DNA of 64,000 nucleotides from Eledone cirrhosa (Eukaryota): NCBI GenBank assembly GCA_964016885.1, contig CAXHJY010000718.1, positions 35,042 to 99,041 of the forward strand, read 5' to 3'. Shown piece by piece: positions 15,184 to 28,995 of this stretch (position 1 is its first letter; each line of letters starts with the position of its first letter). The notes under the pieces were generated by a model. It saw only the letters and a program-made list of their open reading frames with translations, ran no database searches and was not told where the DNA came from. The position numbers and the translations under genes were made by a program.

Positions 15184-16042
15184 ATTATTTAATCCGAGAC
15201 TGGTGGATTGGCAGTATCGGTAGAGGGTCGGACGCCATGTTTTGCAGCAAAGAGTTACGGCCTTTCATCCTTACGGGGGTCGATAAAATAAAGTACCAGT
15301 AATGCACTGGGGTAATTGCTGGTCTTGTGCCAAAAGTAGAAACAATTATTTCAAAGGGTCGGACGCCATGCTTTGCAGCATAGTTATGGCCCTTTACTTT
15401 CTGAGTTTAAATCCTGCCAAGGTTAACTTTGCCTTTCATCCTTACGGGGTCGATAAAATAAAGTACCAGTAATGCACTGGGGTAATTGCTGGTCTTGTGC
15501 CAAAAGTAGAAACAATTATTTCAAAGGGTCGGACGCCATGCTTTGCAGCATAGTTATGGCCCTTTACTTTCTGAGTTTAAATCCTGCCAAGGTTAACTTT
15601 GCCTTTCATCCTTACGGGGTCGATAAAATAAAGTACCAGTAATGCACTGGGGTAATTGCTGGTCTTGTGCCAAAAGTAGAAACAATTATTTCAAAGGGTC
15701 GGACGCCATGCTTTGCAGCATAGTTATGGCCCTTTACTTTCTGAGTTTAAATCCTGCCAAGGTTAACTTTGCCTTTCATCCTTACGGGGTCGATAAAATA
15801 AAGTACCAGTAATGCACTGGGGTAATTGCTGGTCTTGTGCCAAAAGTAGAAACAATTATTTCAAAGGGTCGGACGCCATGCTTTGCAGCATAGTTATGGC
15901 CCTTTACTTTCTGAGTTTAAATCCTGCCAAGGTTAACTTTGCCTTTCATCCTTACGGGGTCGATAAAATAAAGTACCAGTAATGCACTGGAATAATTGCT
16001 GGCCTTGTGCCAAAAGTAGAAACAATTATTTAATCCGTGACT
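15184..16042 (+). repeat. Tandem array of OK-like SINE (170-bp unit, 4 near-identical copies plus head) inside one TSD pair
   Basis: tcaaagggtc at 15351, 15521, 15691, 15861. TSD attatttaatccg(a/t)gact. Confidence 0.85.
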
Positions 16043-16358
16043 ATTACAACAATGCTAAGTCACAGACGTATTAACATATACCTCTGAAATAATCGAAGAT
16101 TCGAATTAACTTAGATATTACATAAATTGTCTCCAGAAATCAGGCTGATTCACAGTAGATAGATTATTTTCCATTTAAGACGCCAAGAATTGTTCCAGTG
16201 GCTCTAAATATTATATTAGACAGGTTTCAGATTAATTTTATGCACAATTTCATGAACATGATTGGAATAATTATAAATTTAACAAGTACATCTTTAACAG
16301 AGATATTAGATTACACATATTTATAAGTATTTATGTTAATATGAATGGATATATATAC

Positions 16359-16391
<33 letters not shown>

Positions 16392-16970
16392 CATATGTGT
16401 GTGCAACGAATTGGCAAAGTCGTTAGAACGTCGGATAGAATGCTTTATGGTATTCGCTCTGGATCTTTCTGAGTTCAAATCCCGCCGAACTTTGACATTC
16501 TTCCTTTCGAGGTCGATAACAAAAAAGTACCAGTCTAGTACTGGGGTCGATTCTTCCTTTCTCTCTGGGAAAAGATCTGCTGTAGTCAGGTCTGGGCTCC
16601 GCCAAGCTTTATGCCCTAGAATCGCTGTATGTCAATACAGCGCCCTACCACTCTATCAGCAGCTACGGGACCATATTTTCCTCTATCTTATTTCACACAA
16701 AAGGCTTAGGTTTTCGTAAAAAAAAACTTGCCCAAGGTACCACACATTCAGATTGAACCCAGGATTACAAAGCTCCCTGCAATGCCTGATCCCTCCTGTA
16801 TATACATATATATATATATATAGCTTATTTTAGTTATTGCTCGCACCAACCTGAGGTATATGATTTTTAATGCGATGAAATACCAATGATGGTTGGCAAA
16901 TCACTGATGAGGGACTAATTTTATAATATGTAATCCATGTGCAATCATGCAGTATTCTTGTCCCCATGTT

Positions 16971-17042
<72 letters not shown>

Positions 17043-17137
17043 GTGTGTGTGTGTGTGCATGTGTGTGCTACCAACTCATGATATAATATTATAAAATTAA
17101 ATCAAATTGTTTAGAACTACAAGTGAAGTCATTCTTT

Positions 17138-17383
17138 TACTCTGGTGCGTTATGGTCCATCTGGTTCCTTACCACAACTCCTTCGTTATATATATATAAC
17201 GAAGGAGTTGTGGTAAGGAACCAGATGGACCATAACGCACCAGAGTACTCAATACTTAGGGTAGTAGAGTTGGTAATAGGAAAAAGTATGACCCCGACGG
17301 CAGAGCTCAAGCCGTTTCGACGGCTATTTCTGGACTGAAATAGCCGTCGAAACGGCTTGAGCTCTGCCGTCGGGGTCATACTT

Positions 17384-17388
<5 letters not shown>
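17138..17388. mobile_element. Family A double palindrome (tail-to-tail across TA, plus fold-back head)
   Basis: Axes at about 17193 (TA tract) and 17334. Confidence 0.75.
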
Positions 17389-17425
<37 letters not shown>

Positions 17426-17670
17426 ATATATATATGTTTGTGTATATATATATATATATATGTATGTGTGTATATATATATATGTGTATATATATATATA
17501 TATGTATGTGTATATATATATGTATGTGTATATATATATATATGTGTATATATTTATATATGTATGTGTATATATTATATATATATATATGTGTATATAT
17601 TATATATATATATGTGTATATATTATATATATATATGTATGTGTATATATTATATATATATATGTATGTA

Positions 17671-17720
<50 letters not shown>

Positions 17721-17785
17721 GTATATATACGTGTATATATATATGTGTATATATATACGTGTATATATATATATGTGTGTATATA

Positions 17786-17832
<47 letters not shown>

Positions 17833-17844
17833 GTATATATGTAT

Positions 17845-18279
17845 AAGAGTCAATGGCCATCCAAAATCACCGGGAGAGATGACCCCTTAGCCTTTGTCAA
17901 GGCAGAATTCTAGGAGAAGGAAAACTCTGATATAACACCTGCAACCCTGATGGTATCCAATGATGTTGACTTGTTCTTCTTTTTGGTAAATATCATCTTG
18001 GTTAAGAGAGTGGGACTGGCTTTGTGCAGTGCCTTTGCTCACTATAAAAGCTTCACGGCACAGGCATTGCTTTATATCTGGAGATCTCTCTGCACTTGTC
18101 GTCACATGGTACCATGGGCCCAACACTATGTGTCAATAATTGTCACAAGTGTAGTCTTTGTACCAGAGTTTTCAAGTCGCTGGCTGGACTAAAAAGTCAC
18201 TCGTTCAGCGCATCAGTAGGGGTTCTCCTACATGGATATAAAGTAGTGGCCGTACTCGAAAACGAGTTGGCAGCCACCA

Positions 18280-18281
<2 letters not shown>
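17845..18281 (+). mobile_element. 5'-truncated copy of the bipartite RTE derivative
   Basis: Near identity to 7635-8035. Confidence 0.75.
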
Positions 18282-18323
<42 letters not shown>

Positions 18324-18356
18324 GTATGTATATATATATGTATGTATGTATATATG

Positions 18357-18391
<35 letters not shown>

Positions 18392-18456
18392 GTATATATA
18401 TATGTATATGTATATATATATATATGTATATATGTATATGTATATATATATATATG

Positions 18457-18555
<99 letters not shown>

Positions 18556-19276
18556 TAGTAATACAGGTCATCATATGCCCCGCTTCCATATACTCTCTCT
18601 ACGTCAAAGGAACATAAGCAGCAGTGTTTGTATTTACTCATTCAGTAATAAATTGATAAGAGAGTGTTGTTTATTGATACGCTATCAATGTGTAGCGTGA
18701 GGTTACACCGCATGGTGTAGATATTGTATCTTATTTCAAGCATTTCTAGGTGGGATACTGGAGATCTATTATACAATAACAGATAGAACTATATAATTTA
18801 AGGAGATTTAGATGGCAGATGGTATACGCAATCTTTTTATTGTGGTTTATGGTAGATGGTACTCAGTGTCAGACCTGCCAGCCTCTAAAAACCCAAACGG
18901 CGAGTACCAAGAAAAAAAGGTGATCCCAAAATAGCGACAAATTAGGTAAAATGGGGAGGTTTTACATAAAGTAATCTATACCCATTTTCACAAGAGAAGA
19001 CATCTGTAATCCATCCTAAAGTGGGTGGGGAATCTTCCCGTCGGACGGGGAAAGTTGACGGGTTTGCAGTATGCTAAAGTGGTAGGTGGTATATATATTA
19101 TGTAATAAAGAGAAAATACTATGATACCGTGGTAGATGGTAGATGGTATATTTCTGTTATATGGATGGTCCTGGGAGGATTGTAGGACCGACGTAGTGAA
19201 ATACGGCGTGTCTTTGACATTTTCGAACTAGGGGGAGAGCCCACATCTTTCCAGGTCTGAAAAGAAGAGGTATATA

Positions 19277-19350
<74 letters not shown>

Positions 19351-19357
<7 letters not shown>

Positions 19358-19573
19358 TGTAATAAACAAAATAAGGCAATTATTCCATTTACCAGTGGTT
19401 TCTTAAAAGCAAAAAATGTTGCTTTCAATCCTCAGAATGAAAAAATCCTGGTCTCTAGAGACCAGGATTTTTTCATTTTTTTTTTCATTCTGAGGATTGA
19501 AAGCAAATTTTTTGTTTTTAAGAAACCACTGGTAAATGGAATAATTGCCTTATGTTGTTTATTACATAACTAT
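19351..19573. repeat. ~220-bp palindrome next to (TA)n
   Basis: Axis ggtctctagagacc. GAAACCACTGGTA at 19522-19534. Confidence 0.85.
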
Positions 19574-19637
19574 TAAGCTCTGTTACCTACATAGAGCACT
19601 CTTTTTTCCTGGACTTTTCGGACGGAATTACTTCATT

Positions 19638-19709
<72 letters not shown>

Positions 19710-19828
19710 GAGATTATATTTAATTTTAAAATGTTTATAACTGATATAAAGCACTCAACAATTTAGTAGAGTAAATATACAATATATTAATAAATGGAAA
19801 CTATATTTATAAAACCATATTTATTTTA

Positions 19829-19883
19829 TTATACATATTTCAAGGGAAACCAAGGCAAATTATGGTGCGCTTTCATCAGATAA
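19829..19883 (-). ncRNA. Diverged hammerhead motif (family B)
   Basis: CTGATGA and GAAATATGTA cores kept, stem II diverged. Confidence 0.5.
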
Positions 19884-19993
19884 AATACAGATCTGTTTTA
19901 TAAATAAATATTGACATACCCGGAAAAAAAAGACAACCTTAACGGGTGGAGCTTCCTATATATATATATATACGAAAAGAGTCAGGACCCCGA

Positions 19994-20098
<105 letters not shown>

Positions 20099-21152
20099 CG
20101 ACCGCAGGTTCTATATTGGTGTTTTTATTTATCGACCTCGAGTAGATGAAATGTACAGTCGACCTCGGTGAGGTTTTAAGTCGTAGAATGCAGACAATGA
20201 GTTGAATTGAACCTTGCAAAGCATCTCTATCCGACGCTCTAACGATTCTGCTAATTTGCAGCATTTTCACCCATTTAAAGTAAAAATGAAATATTACTTA
20301 TGTTATCGACAACGGTATAATAAGATTTAACGTCATTGAAAATATTTATTCAGTCGCTGGAAAAATAAAAATAATTCTTTCAAATTAAATGTAAAAGTTT
20401 ATACAAATATTAATATGTGAGACAAGAAATTATTAATCCATCTTAAAGGATTTTTTTTTTTTTTTTATTAAATTCTTATTTTTGCTCCATTCTGTCAAAT
20501 TAATCAAGAACTGGGTTTTAGTTTTTGCCATAAACTAGATGATTTTAGAAAATATTCCATATTTTCACACAAGAAATGAAACATAAATTTAGATAGTCAT
20601 ATTTATTGATATTTGAATTTAACTTCGAATATGTTATTTTTGGGGGGGGGGCAGGGAGGGTTAAATAAAATCGTTTAACAATTTTTAGCGTCTACAATCT
20701 AAAATCTATTTATTAGTACTTTACAAAGTTGAATTTCAAACGTGATAAAATGGTTATTTATAAAGACATGTGTCTCTAGACTTTTTTTTTTTTTATTTAC
20801 ACACGCATACACACAATGTATTTCCTATCGCAGAGTTCGATTCCAAGTCAGAACGTCCTCGGTTTTTATTTTACAGTTATTTAAGTTATTTCTCAAAATT
20901 TACCCCTGAATTTAATCCTTCCTGTATATTATTTGAACATATATGCCGAACATTTACAAGTCAATCCTTTTCTTCTTCTTCTTCTTCTTCTTCTTCTTCT
21001 TCTTCTTCTTCTTCTTCTTCTTCTTCTTCTTCTTCTTCTTCTTCTATGTGTTATGTAGGCAATGTCTTGGAATGTCATAGGACGCAATATGGTCGAATGG
21101 TTAAGAAGTCCCCTTTCGTACTGTGGCATTTTGAGCAATTGTCATTTATCAT

Positions 21153-21244
<92 letters not shown>

Positions 21245-21446
21245 TTCCATTTCTTATATTTTCTCATTCATGACTTCCTTTCCGAATGTTTATTGCCATA
21301 GAAACAACATATATGTAAATTGTGTTATTTTTTCGCTGTTATCGGTCATTAAACTACGGCCGTCGCCGGAGGACACCGGAAAATGCTTTCTTCTCAATCC
21401 AGGACTATTATAGATTATATTATTATTGTATATATATATATATATA

Positions 21447-21650
21447 TGAAAAGAGTCAGGACCCCGACGTCTGAGCTCCAGCCGTTTCGACAGCTAGATC
21501 CGAACTCAGATCTAGCTGTCGAAATGGCCGGAGCTCAGCCGTCAGGGTCCTGACTCTTTTCATATATATATATATTACCCACTCTACTACCCGAAGCATC
21601 GAGTACTCAGGTGCGTTATGGTCCACCTGGTATCTTACCACACTTTCTTT
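21447..21650 (+). mobile_element. Family A variant palindrome plus tail
   Basis: Homolog of 14386-14500, followed by the acccactctactac...accacactttctt tail. Confidence 0.7.
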
Positions 21651-21668
21651 ATATATATATATATATAT

Positions 21669-21708
<40 letters not shown>

Positions 21709-21768
21709 TAGTACGCTGGAAGGTAATATCCGCAGTGGTAGAGCACTCAGTCCATGGGACGAGTTAGG

Positions 21769-21900
21769 TAGAAGTGGTTACACAACAGTTAGTTCACCAT
21801 ACCGAGAACTGTTCCGTAAAACCATGTCTATTACGAGCTGAGGCTCCGCTAAGGTGAAACAATTGTTCTCGGTATGGTGAACTAACTGTTGTGTAACCAC

Positions 21901-21905
<5 letters not shown>
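21769..21905 (+). mobile_element. Palindromic PLE-like end fragment with near-complete hammerhead (family E)
   Basis: ~40-bp inverted arms. cgag-CTGAGGC-tccgctaaggt-GAAAC-aatt-GTT-ctcg at 21834-21871. Confidence 0.6.
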
Positions 21906-21942
<37 letters not shown>

Positions 21943-21997
21943 GTGAGGTTTTTTTTACAAAATGAAAAATAACGGAGGTGTCCTACACGAGTGAAAG

Positions 21998-22275
21998 TAT
22001 AAAGAAAAAAAGATGAAATCGAAAATGCAACTGGAGTCTTATTTTTAAAAAATATATATATTTTTATTTGGTTCCTTTACCGGTTTCGCAGTTCTTCTGC
22101 TTCTCAAAAGTAGAGTTGAGATGGAGTGTCTGAGAAAAACCACAGACCTTCCATCTCAACTCTACTTTTGAAAAGCAGAAGAACTGCGAAACCGGTAAAG
22201 GAACCAAATAAATATATATATATATTTTTAAATAAGACTCCAGTTGTGTTTTCGATTTCATCTTTTTTCTTTATA
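21998..22275. repeat. ~280-bp palindrome with GAAACCGGTA
   Basis: Arms of about 130 bp. Hammerhead-like 3' half at 22188-22197. Confidence 0.85.
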
Positions 22276-23779
22276 TGTATATATACAAAAATAATATAAT
22301 CTATAATAGTCCAGGATTTAGAAGAAAAATCTTCCGGTGTCCTATAGCCACAGATCAATGACCTAAAACAGCGAAAATATAACCCAATTTACATATATTT
22401 TGTTTCTATGGCAATAAACATTCGGAAAGGAAGACGCGAATGAGAAAATATAAGAAATGGTAATAAACTAATTATAAAACAAATATGGTTATGTCATCAA
22501 AGAAATACGTCTTCGTTCCCTTGACGACATACAGGAGAGGAAATGCAATGCTACAGGGAAGCAAATGAACATTAAATACATAATAATTTGTATTAAAAAA
22601 AATATATATATATAATTTTGCTTAAATTTAAATTTTATTGTGAAAATTTGAATTCAAAAGAAAAATTGAAATAGACAGCGCACTATGCCAAGAATAAACT
22701 ATGTAAAAACACTTCTGTTTCTAGATGGCTAAACATACATACATACACACATACATATATTCCATTTGGCCCCAGGAGATGATTTCACCCTTCAACAAGT
22801 TCTTCAGACAGTCTTTCTTTACTTCACCTAGTCATGGTGGCATGTCAACGAGAAATTCCCCTGGTATAGCAAGTCAAAACCGACCTAGGTTTCTGGGAAT
22901 CAGAATATGTTTTTTGTACTGTCGATTTTCATGATGTACACAGTGGAGAATAATAGGACTATTTTTTTTTCTGAAGCTAAAAATATTTGTGAATAAAAAA
23001 TATCCTTGTGTATAAGACAACTTAACTATATGACCCTGGGTTATAACAATGTCTATGTAATGTTTTAATTTTTTTGTAAACGTGTTGCAAAAAAGGAGAG
23101 ACGGTTAGCACTCCCCTTGACAAGAACGGAAGAGATCATATGATCTTTCTAACACATATGGGCATTGCTCTGCTACTTCAGTCAAGGGCGGTGCCCCAGC
23201 ATGGCCTCAGTGGGATGGCTGGAACAGGTAAAAGAGTAAAAGAGTTTGTGTCATGCCATCCATAAAAACCTCCATCACACACATATATTTTACTATAATA
23301 TTCACTTACTCATAACGCTAAAGACATAAGACAATCGAATGTTTAACATTTTGTGTAGAAGCTGGCTTAAACCGAATGTTTAATATTTTGTTCAGAAGCG
23401 GGCTTATCCCATTCTAACCGAATTTTTATCATTTTGTGTAGAAAGGGGCTTATCCTTTTCCAGTTTCAAAAATGTGAGACGAACGACATACAATTACGGT
23501 GATTCCAAAATTGATAAATATTATCAATATATTGAATAAAAGTTATAAACACTTGTTACCAACACCTATTTGTAATCTAGCCATTTGAAATTACCATTTG
23601 TAAACTTAGTAAAAAAATATCATGAACTCGTGTATAGGACGACCTCCTTCTTTGCCCTTAATTTTAGTTTGGGAATTTTCACGTCATACATGAAAAAATT
23701 AGAGTACATATTCTTGAATAAATGATGAATAAACCGATTTTTTTTTAAATGATTTCTTAATAATCTTTATCGCATTCAG

Positions 23780-23897
23780 ATATTTCAGAACGATAAAGCA
23801 CGTCCTTTGGGAAAGATGCCATCTGCAGATGCTTGTTAAATAGGTTTGCAAAAGTAAACAACATCACTCCTGAACTAGTAGTCCTGCATCAAACAAG
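23780..23897 (+). other. Possible non-coding 5' UTR exon of the secreted peptide gene
   Basis: Acceptor-like ttcag, consensus donor AAG|GTAAGG at 23897/8, unique sequence, stops in all three frames. Confidence 0.3.
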
Positions 23898-25358
23898 GTA
23901 AGGAAATTATTTAGCAGAAATGTATTATGAATTTAATAATTTATTACGTATTTAGGACCTTAATTCCTGGTGGAGTCATAGTGGAGCAGTTATGTCATAA
24001 GACGTTTCATAAGTTGTGTCATAAGACTTGTTTTGGTCGTTTTAAATTTTGGGTGGAGTCTATTCATTTCCAGGCTGGAAATGAATAATTCCCACTGCCG
24101 ACTGCTTTTCCGGAGAAATAACGAGTAAGGGTGAAAGTAAGGAAGAGATATAGACAAGACATCGACTCGCACTATTGAACTTGTACATATTTATCTAAGG
24201 AATGAAAAGCAATGATGATCCCGGTGTGATTTGAACACCCGTCACAAAGATCCGGAAGAAATAACACACAGCATTCTATCCAACGTTCTAACGTCTCTCC
24301 CTATCTATTTCCCTTATGTAGCATTGTCGTGACTTAGTGGCTAGGGTGTTCAGCTCACGATCGTAAAGCCGTGAGTTCGATTCCCATACAGAGCAGTGAG
24401 TTGTATCCTTGGTCAAGATACTTTATTTAACGTTGCTCCACCGACTCATTTGCAAGAAATTAGTTGTACTAGTAATTTAAAGGGTCGAACTTATCAAACA
24501 CTCTACCATGCTGAATCTCCCTGAAAAATACCTTATGGAATGCTCAGCCACTTGCACATATGCCTTTGATAATATGAAGCAATTGAGATCCAACAACACA
24601 TACATGGAGACACACTCATCTCTGTTCTGCAAATTAATTATTTTAATCAACATAACCTCCTAATTATTATTTTATAATGTATATGTGGATAATTCAGCTC
24701 TTAAGTTGTGCGTTCAAATCCGCTTCACTTGTTTTATTATATTTCTTGATTGTGGACTGAAATGGACTGGGCTTGGACTGAAATGGACAGGACTTTAAAT
24801 CCATTCCAAGCATCCAGACATGGATTTTGAGACTGCTGACTGCTGAGGACCAGTCACTTGTTTTCACTGCTCAGCTTAGATGACACTAACAGAATTCTGT
24901 GTAGTGAGGGCCAGAGGTGTGTTTTCACTGCTCAGTTAAGGTGACACTGACTAACAGAATTCTGTGTACTGAGGGCCAGTTGTCTATTTTACTTCTCAGC
25001 CATGGCAACACTAACTAAAAAGTTTTTTAACATAACAATAAGTTAAAACCACTTCTCACCTCAGCTTAGAATCGAGCTCGGTGTCTATTAACAGTTAACC
25101 AACAAACTTTTAAAATGCTGGTAATGCCAAATTCAGTGAATTTGGCATTAAAGGGGCCTTCTGTCTTCCGTTTTCTTTGTCCTCTCTAGCACTGAGTAAC
25201 CCAGATTCTCTCAAGCGTCTGAAAGAGAACCATCCACGAGCCCTCTCCGGATGACCAGTTACACAGGCCCGAACCACCAGAATACTTTAGACCGATTTAC
25301 ACCACTGATATCATGTTAAAATTGTTTATTGTTTCGGTTTTTTTTTTCAGAAACAGCA

Positions 25359-25452
25359 ATGAAGGTCATTTTTATAATGTTGTTGGTAGTGTTGCCCTTG
25401 GCAATTGCTACATATATACCAACTGCTGAGGATGTTGATAAAAGAATATCGT
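25359..25452 (+). CDS. First coding exon of a putative small secreted peptide precursor
   Basis: Strong acceptor (ttttttttttcag, ends 25350), ATG at 25359, MKVIFIMLLVVLPLAIA signal-peptide-like stretch, acidic spacer and KR, donor gtatgt at 25453 (phase 1). Confidence 0.65.
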
Positions 25453-25623
25453 GTATGTTATTTACATTTCATTTCAATTTTAACACGCTTTTTTATGGGT
25501 GTTGTTTCGGTTATCTGTACTCGGAGTTCGAATTCAACAGGGACCAAATCTACCATTGAGGTCCATAATTAAAGTACCATTCTAGTAGTAGAAGTTGATT
25601 CTCTCTCTCGCCCTTCTTCTCTC

Positions 25624-25693
<70 letters not shown>

Positions 25694-26124
25694 TATACAC
25701 ACATATATATATGCACGTATCGGTTTACCGAACATTTATTATAATGCTCGGTTTGTTTCTTTGTAAACAAACAAACAGCCCCAATTACGTCGTACAGTGT
25801 TTAGGCAACCACGTCACCTTTTTGTTCAACACTGACACAAGAACGATGTCCTAGTTTCAAGCTTATTAGCTATCGTCAGCATCGTATACCTTCCTGCCAG
25901 ATGGTTGAACGTCTGAAATATATACTTTCCTTATGCATATTAACGGCTGAGCAGAATGGATGTAGTAAAAACCAGATAGACCATTACCGAGGTCCTGAAT
26001 CCTTCATATAACTATATATATATATATATAGCTACCCCTATGACTGTTGGACCGATAAAATAAAGTACCAGTAATGCACTGGGTAATTGCTGGCCTTGTG
26101 CCTAAAGTAGAAACAATTATATAT

Positions 26125-28232
26125 ATCATCATCATCATCATCATCATCATCAACGTTTAACGTCCGTGTTCCACGCTTGCATGGGTTTGGACGGGGGTAG
26201 TCCCACTTGAGGCAAGAGTGATTGTCTTGCTCGCATAGGACTGTCTGGCAGGTTTTCTACAGTTGGATGCCCTTCCTAACACCAACCACATTTACAGTGT
26301 GGGTCTGGGAGGTTTTTACCGTGTTGCCTACACGGCCACATTACAGCGTGGACTGTGTGTTTTTTTGTCGTGACACCTACACGATCTCATTTGTTTCGGC
26401 CTCGATGGCGCGGCACCAACATAACTTTACATAGAACGGGGTGGGGTGGATGGGGTGGGGATGGGGGTGGTGGGACGGGGTGTATTTTGTTAGAGATGCC
26501 TACTGGCTGGAGTAGGTTTTACTATATATTTAGGTAAGGCGGGTCTTCTCTGTTACTGAGTACCGCCAAAGGTCTCGGTCCAGTGACATTGTCTTGGAGA
26601 GGTGTAAGTGTGTGATGTCGGAGTTTATCAGCTCGTCCCAGGTTTTTCTAGGTCTGCCTATTCCGTGACTACCGTCTATCTTTATTGCCCTGCACTTTGT
26701 TATACAGCTATCGACTTTCATGCGCATCACGTGTCCATACCAACGTAGCCTTCTCTCGAGTAAACAACATCTGATCCCTCTTATCTCTAATTTTTTCCTT
26801 AGTTCGTTTATGCTTTGCCGTTCACGTATATTACTGTTACACATCCAGCGGAGCATGCAAGCTTCGTTCCTCTCTAGTCTGCGTATATCCTCTGCACACA
26901 ATGCCCAGGTCTCACTGCCATGCAGCATTGCTGTTCGCATGCAGGCATCGTACAACCTGCCTTTCATTTTTAGGGAGAACCCTTTAGCAGCTAATAGTGG
27001 TATAAGCTCTCTGAACTTTTTCCAACCAGTTCTGACTCTAGCTACAGTACTTTCAGAGCACCCTCCCCCACTGCTGATTTTATCGCCCAGGTAACGGAAG
27101 CTGTCCACTATTTCTATAGAACCCTCTGCGCAATTGAAAGAGCTAGTATTTTGTGGGCACTTGCTGCTACTTATTGCACCAGAACACCGGCCACATGTAA
27201 AATCTATGTTCTTAGTTAGCTTACCTGTGATCCCACTACATCTTTTATGCACCCATACTTTGCATTTAGGACATAAAATGGAGTTTCTACCTACGCCTTT
27301 CCTACACACCGAGCACGACCATTTCCCAGAAGGGACCGCCGCCTTGTTTTCTTTCCTACAAACTAGTACTTTGGTCTTAGCCAGGTTAATTTTAAGTCCT
27401 TTTGACTCTAGGCCGTGCTTCCATGTTTGGAATTTCTTCTCTAGCTCGGCCATTGATTCCGCTATCAGTGTCAGGTCGTCTGCGTATAGGAGTTCCCATG
27501 GGCAGCCTGTCTTGAACTCCTCTGTTATAGCCTGAAGGGCAATAATAAATAGTAGGGGGCTGAGAACAGAGCCCTGATGGACGCCAACTTTTACGCTAAA
27601 CTCTTCACTATATTCGTTGTTAATTCTAACCTTGCTGACTGTTTCTTTATACATGGCTTGTATAGCCCTCACAAGCCATTCGTCAACGCCTAGTTTTCTA
27701 AGAGCCCACCAGATAATGGAGCGGAGGACTCTGTCGAAGGCTTTCTCCAAGTCGACAAAAGCTAAGTAGAGGGGTTTACCTTTAGCTAGGTACTTCTCCT
27801 GTAGTTGTCGTACTATGAAAAGAGCGTCTGTGGTACTTTTGCCTGACACAAACCCGAACTGCATTTCATCTAGGTCAATTCTCTCTCTGATTAGTTGCGC
27901 TATTACTTTTTCCGTGACCTTCATGACCTGGTCGATTAATTTAATGCCTCTATAGTTACTCCTATCTAGGGCGTCTCCTTTACCCTTATAACAGTTAACG
28001 ATGATGCTGCTATGCCAGTCCTTCGGAACAACCCCATTCTGTACGACTTGGTTAACTATGCGGGTGACCATGGTGTGTCCCACCGTGCCAGATGCCTTCA
28101 GCATCTCAGCAACTATTTCCGAAGGCCCAGCCGCCTTACCCGTCTTCATATCCTTGATTGCCTTACTTATTATACTCCCCTCGACTAACACTGCTGGTCC
28201 CTCTATTGGGTCGATATGGGGGAGACTGTCTT

Positions 28233-28238
<6 letters not shown>
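26125..28238 (-). mobile_element. 5'-truncated RTE-clade (RTE-X-like) LINE with (TGA)n tail
   Basis: Contains the RT ORF. 5' end abuts (TA)n. 3' UTR ends in a hairpin (cgtcc..catg..ggacg) and (CAT)n on the + strand at 26125-26150. Confidence 0.9.
26530..28238 (-). CDS. Non-LTR retrotransposon reverse transcriptase (RTE clade) with PHD-like Cys cluster, 5'-truncated
   Basis: Motifs NYRGIKL, QFGF, AFVDLEKAFD, GVHQGSVLSPLLF, LLYADD, CSVCRKGVGRNSILCPKCKVWVHKRC, FRYLG, RRLRWYGHV. The N-terminal YIYI of the tracked ORF is microsatellite. Confidence 0.92.
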
Positions 28239-28276
<38 letters not shown>

Positions 28277-28322
28277 GATATTAACAAATGGAAACTATAT
28301 TTATAAAACCATATTTATTTCA

Positions 28323-28376
28323 TTATACATATTTCAAGGGCACCAAGTTAAATTATGGTGTGCTTTCATCAGATAA
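28323..28376 (-). ncRNA. Hammerhead motif (family B)
   Basis: Reverse-complement homolog of 43261-43314. Confidence 0.6.
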
Positions 28377-28427
28377 AATATAATATAGAGCAGTTTTATA
28401 AATAAATATTAACATACCCTTAAAGAA

Positions 28428-28507
28428 TGCAACCATTACTGTTGGAAGCTCCCGGATATATATATATATTTATATATATCCGGGAGCTTCCAACAGTAAT
28501 GGTTGCA
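28428..28507. repeat. Palindrome centred on a TA tract (family B end)
   Basis: tgcaaccattactgttggaagctcccgga(TA)n tccgggagcttccaacagtaatggttgca. Confidence 0.85.
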
Positions 28508-28691
28508 AGGAAATGTGGTAAGGAACCAGGTGGACCATAACGCACCAAAGTACTCAATACTTAGGGTAGTAGAGTGGGTAATAGGAACGAGTAGGACCCC
28601 GACGGCTGAGCTCAAGCCGTTTCGACGGCTAATTCTGGACTGAATAAGCCGTCGAAACGGCTTGAGCTCAGCCGTCGGGGTCCTACTCGTT

Positions 28692-28695
<4 letters not shown>
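28508..28695 (-). mobile_element. Family A tail plus fold-back palindrome (28582-28695)
   Basis: Inverted arms, ends in (TA)n. Confidence 0.75.
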
Positions 28696-28729
<34 letters not shown>

Positions 28730-28732
<3 letters not shown>

Positions 28733-28995
28733 CTCAAACTTTCCGCACACAATTCCCAATGAACAGTTCACTCTTCTACTCGTGTGCCAATAATACACTT
28801 CATGTACTATGTGAAACACAGTTTGTCCTGTTACTCCATACTATTTGAGCAATGGAAACTCTCCTCTTTGGTCAATATTGAACTTCACATAGTTATTTTG
28901 TAATGCCTGGTCATGGGTTGCACGGATCAACGCTTCTGTTCCAACCTTCAAGTATGACTTCTTCAACCAGGCACAACTTTTTCTTTGTCTATCCT
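28730..28995 (-). pseudogene. Decayed R4/Dong-like LINE fragment
   Basis: Minus-strand translation WLKKSYLKVGTEALIRATHDQALQNNYVKFNID...TVFHIV resembles the R4/Dong WL..LK.ETE.LI.AAQDQAL motif. Stops/frameshifts present. Confidence 0.65.

Larger units (their letters stand above)
21247..22460. repeat. Older inverted repeat (arms 21247-21428 and 22284-22460) enclosing nested palindromes
   Basis: ccatttcttatattttctcatt... vs ...aatgagaaaatataagaaatgg. Confidence 0.8.
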
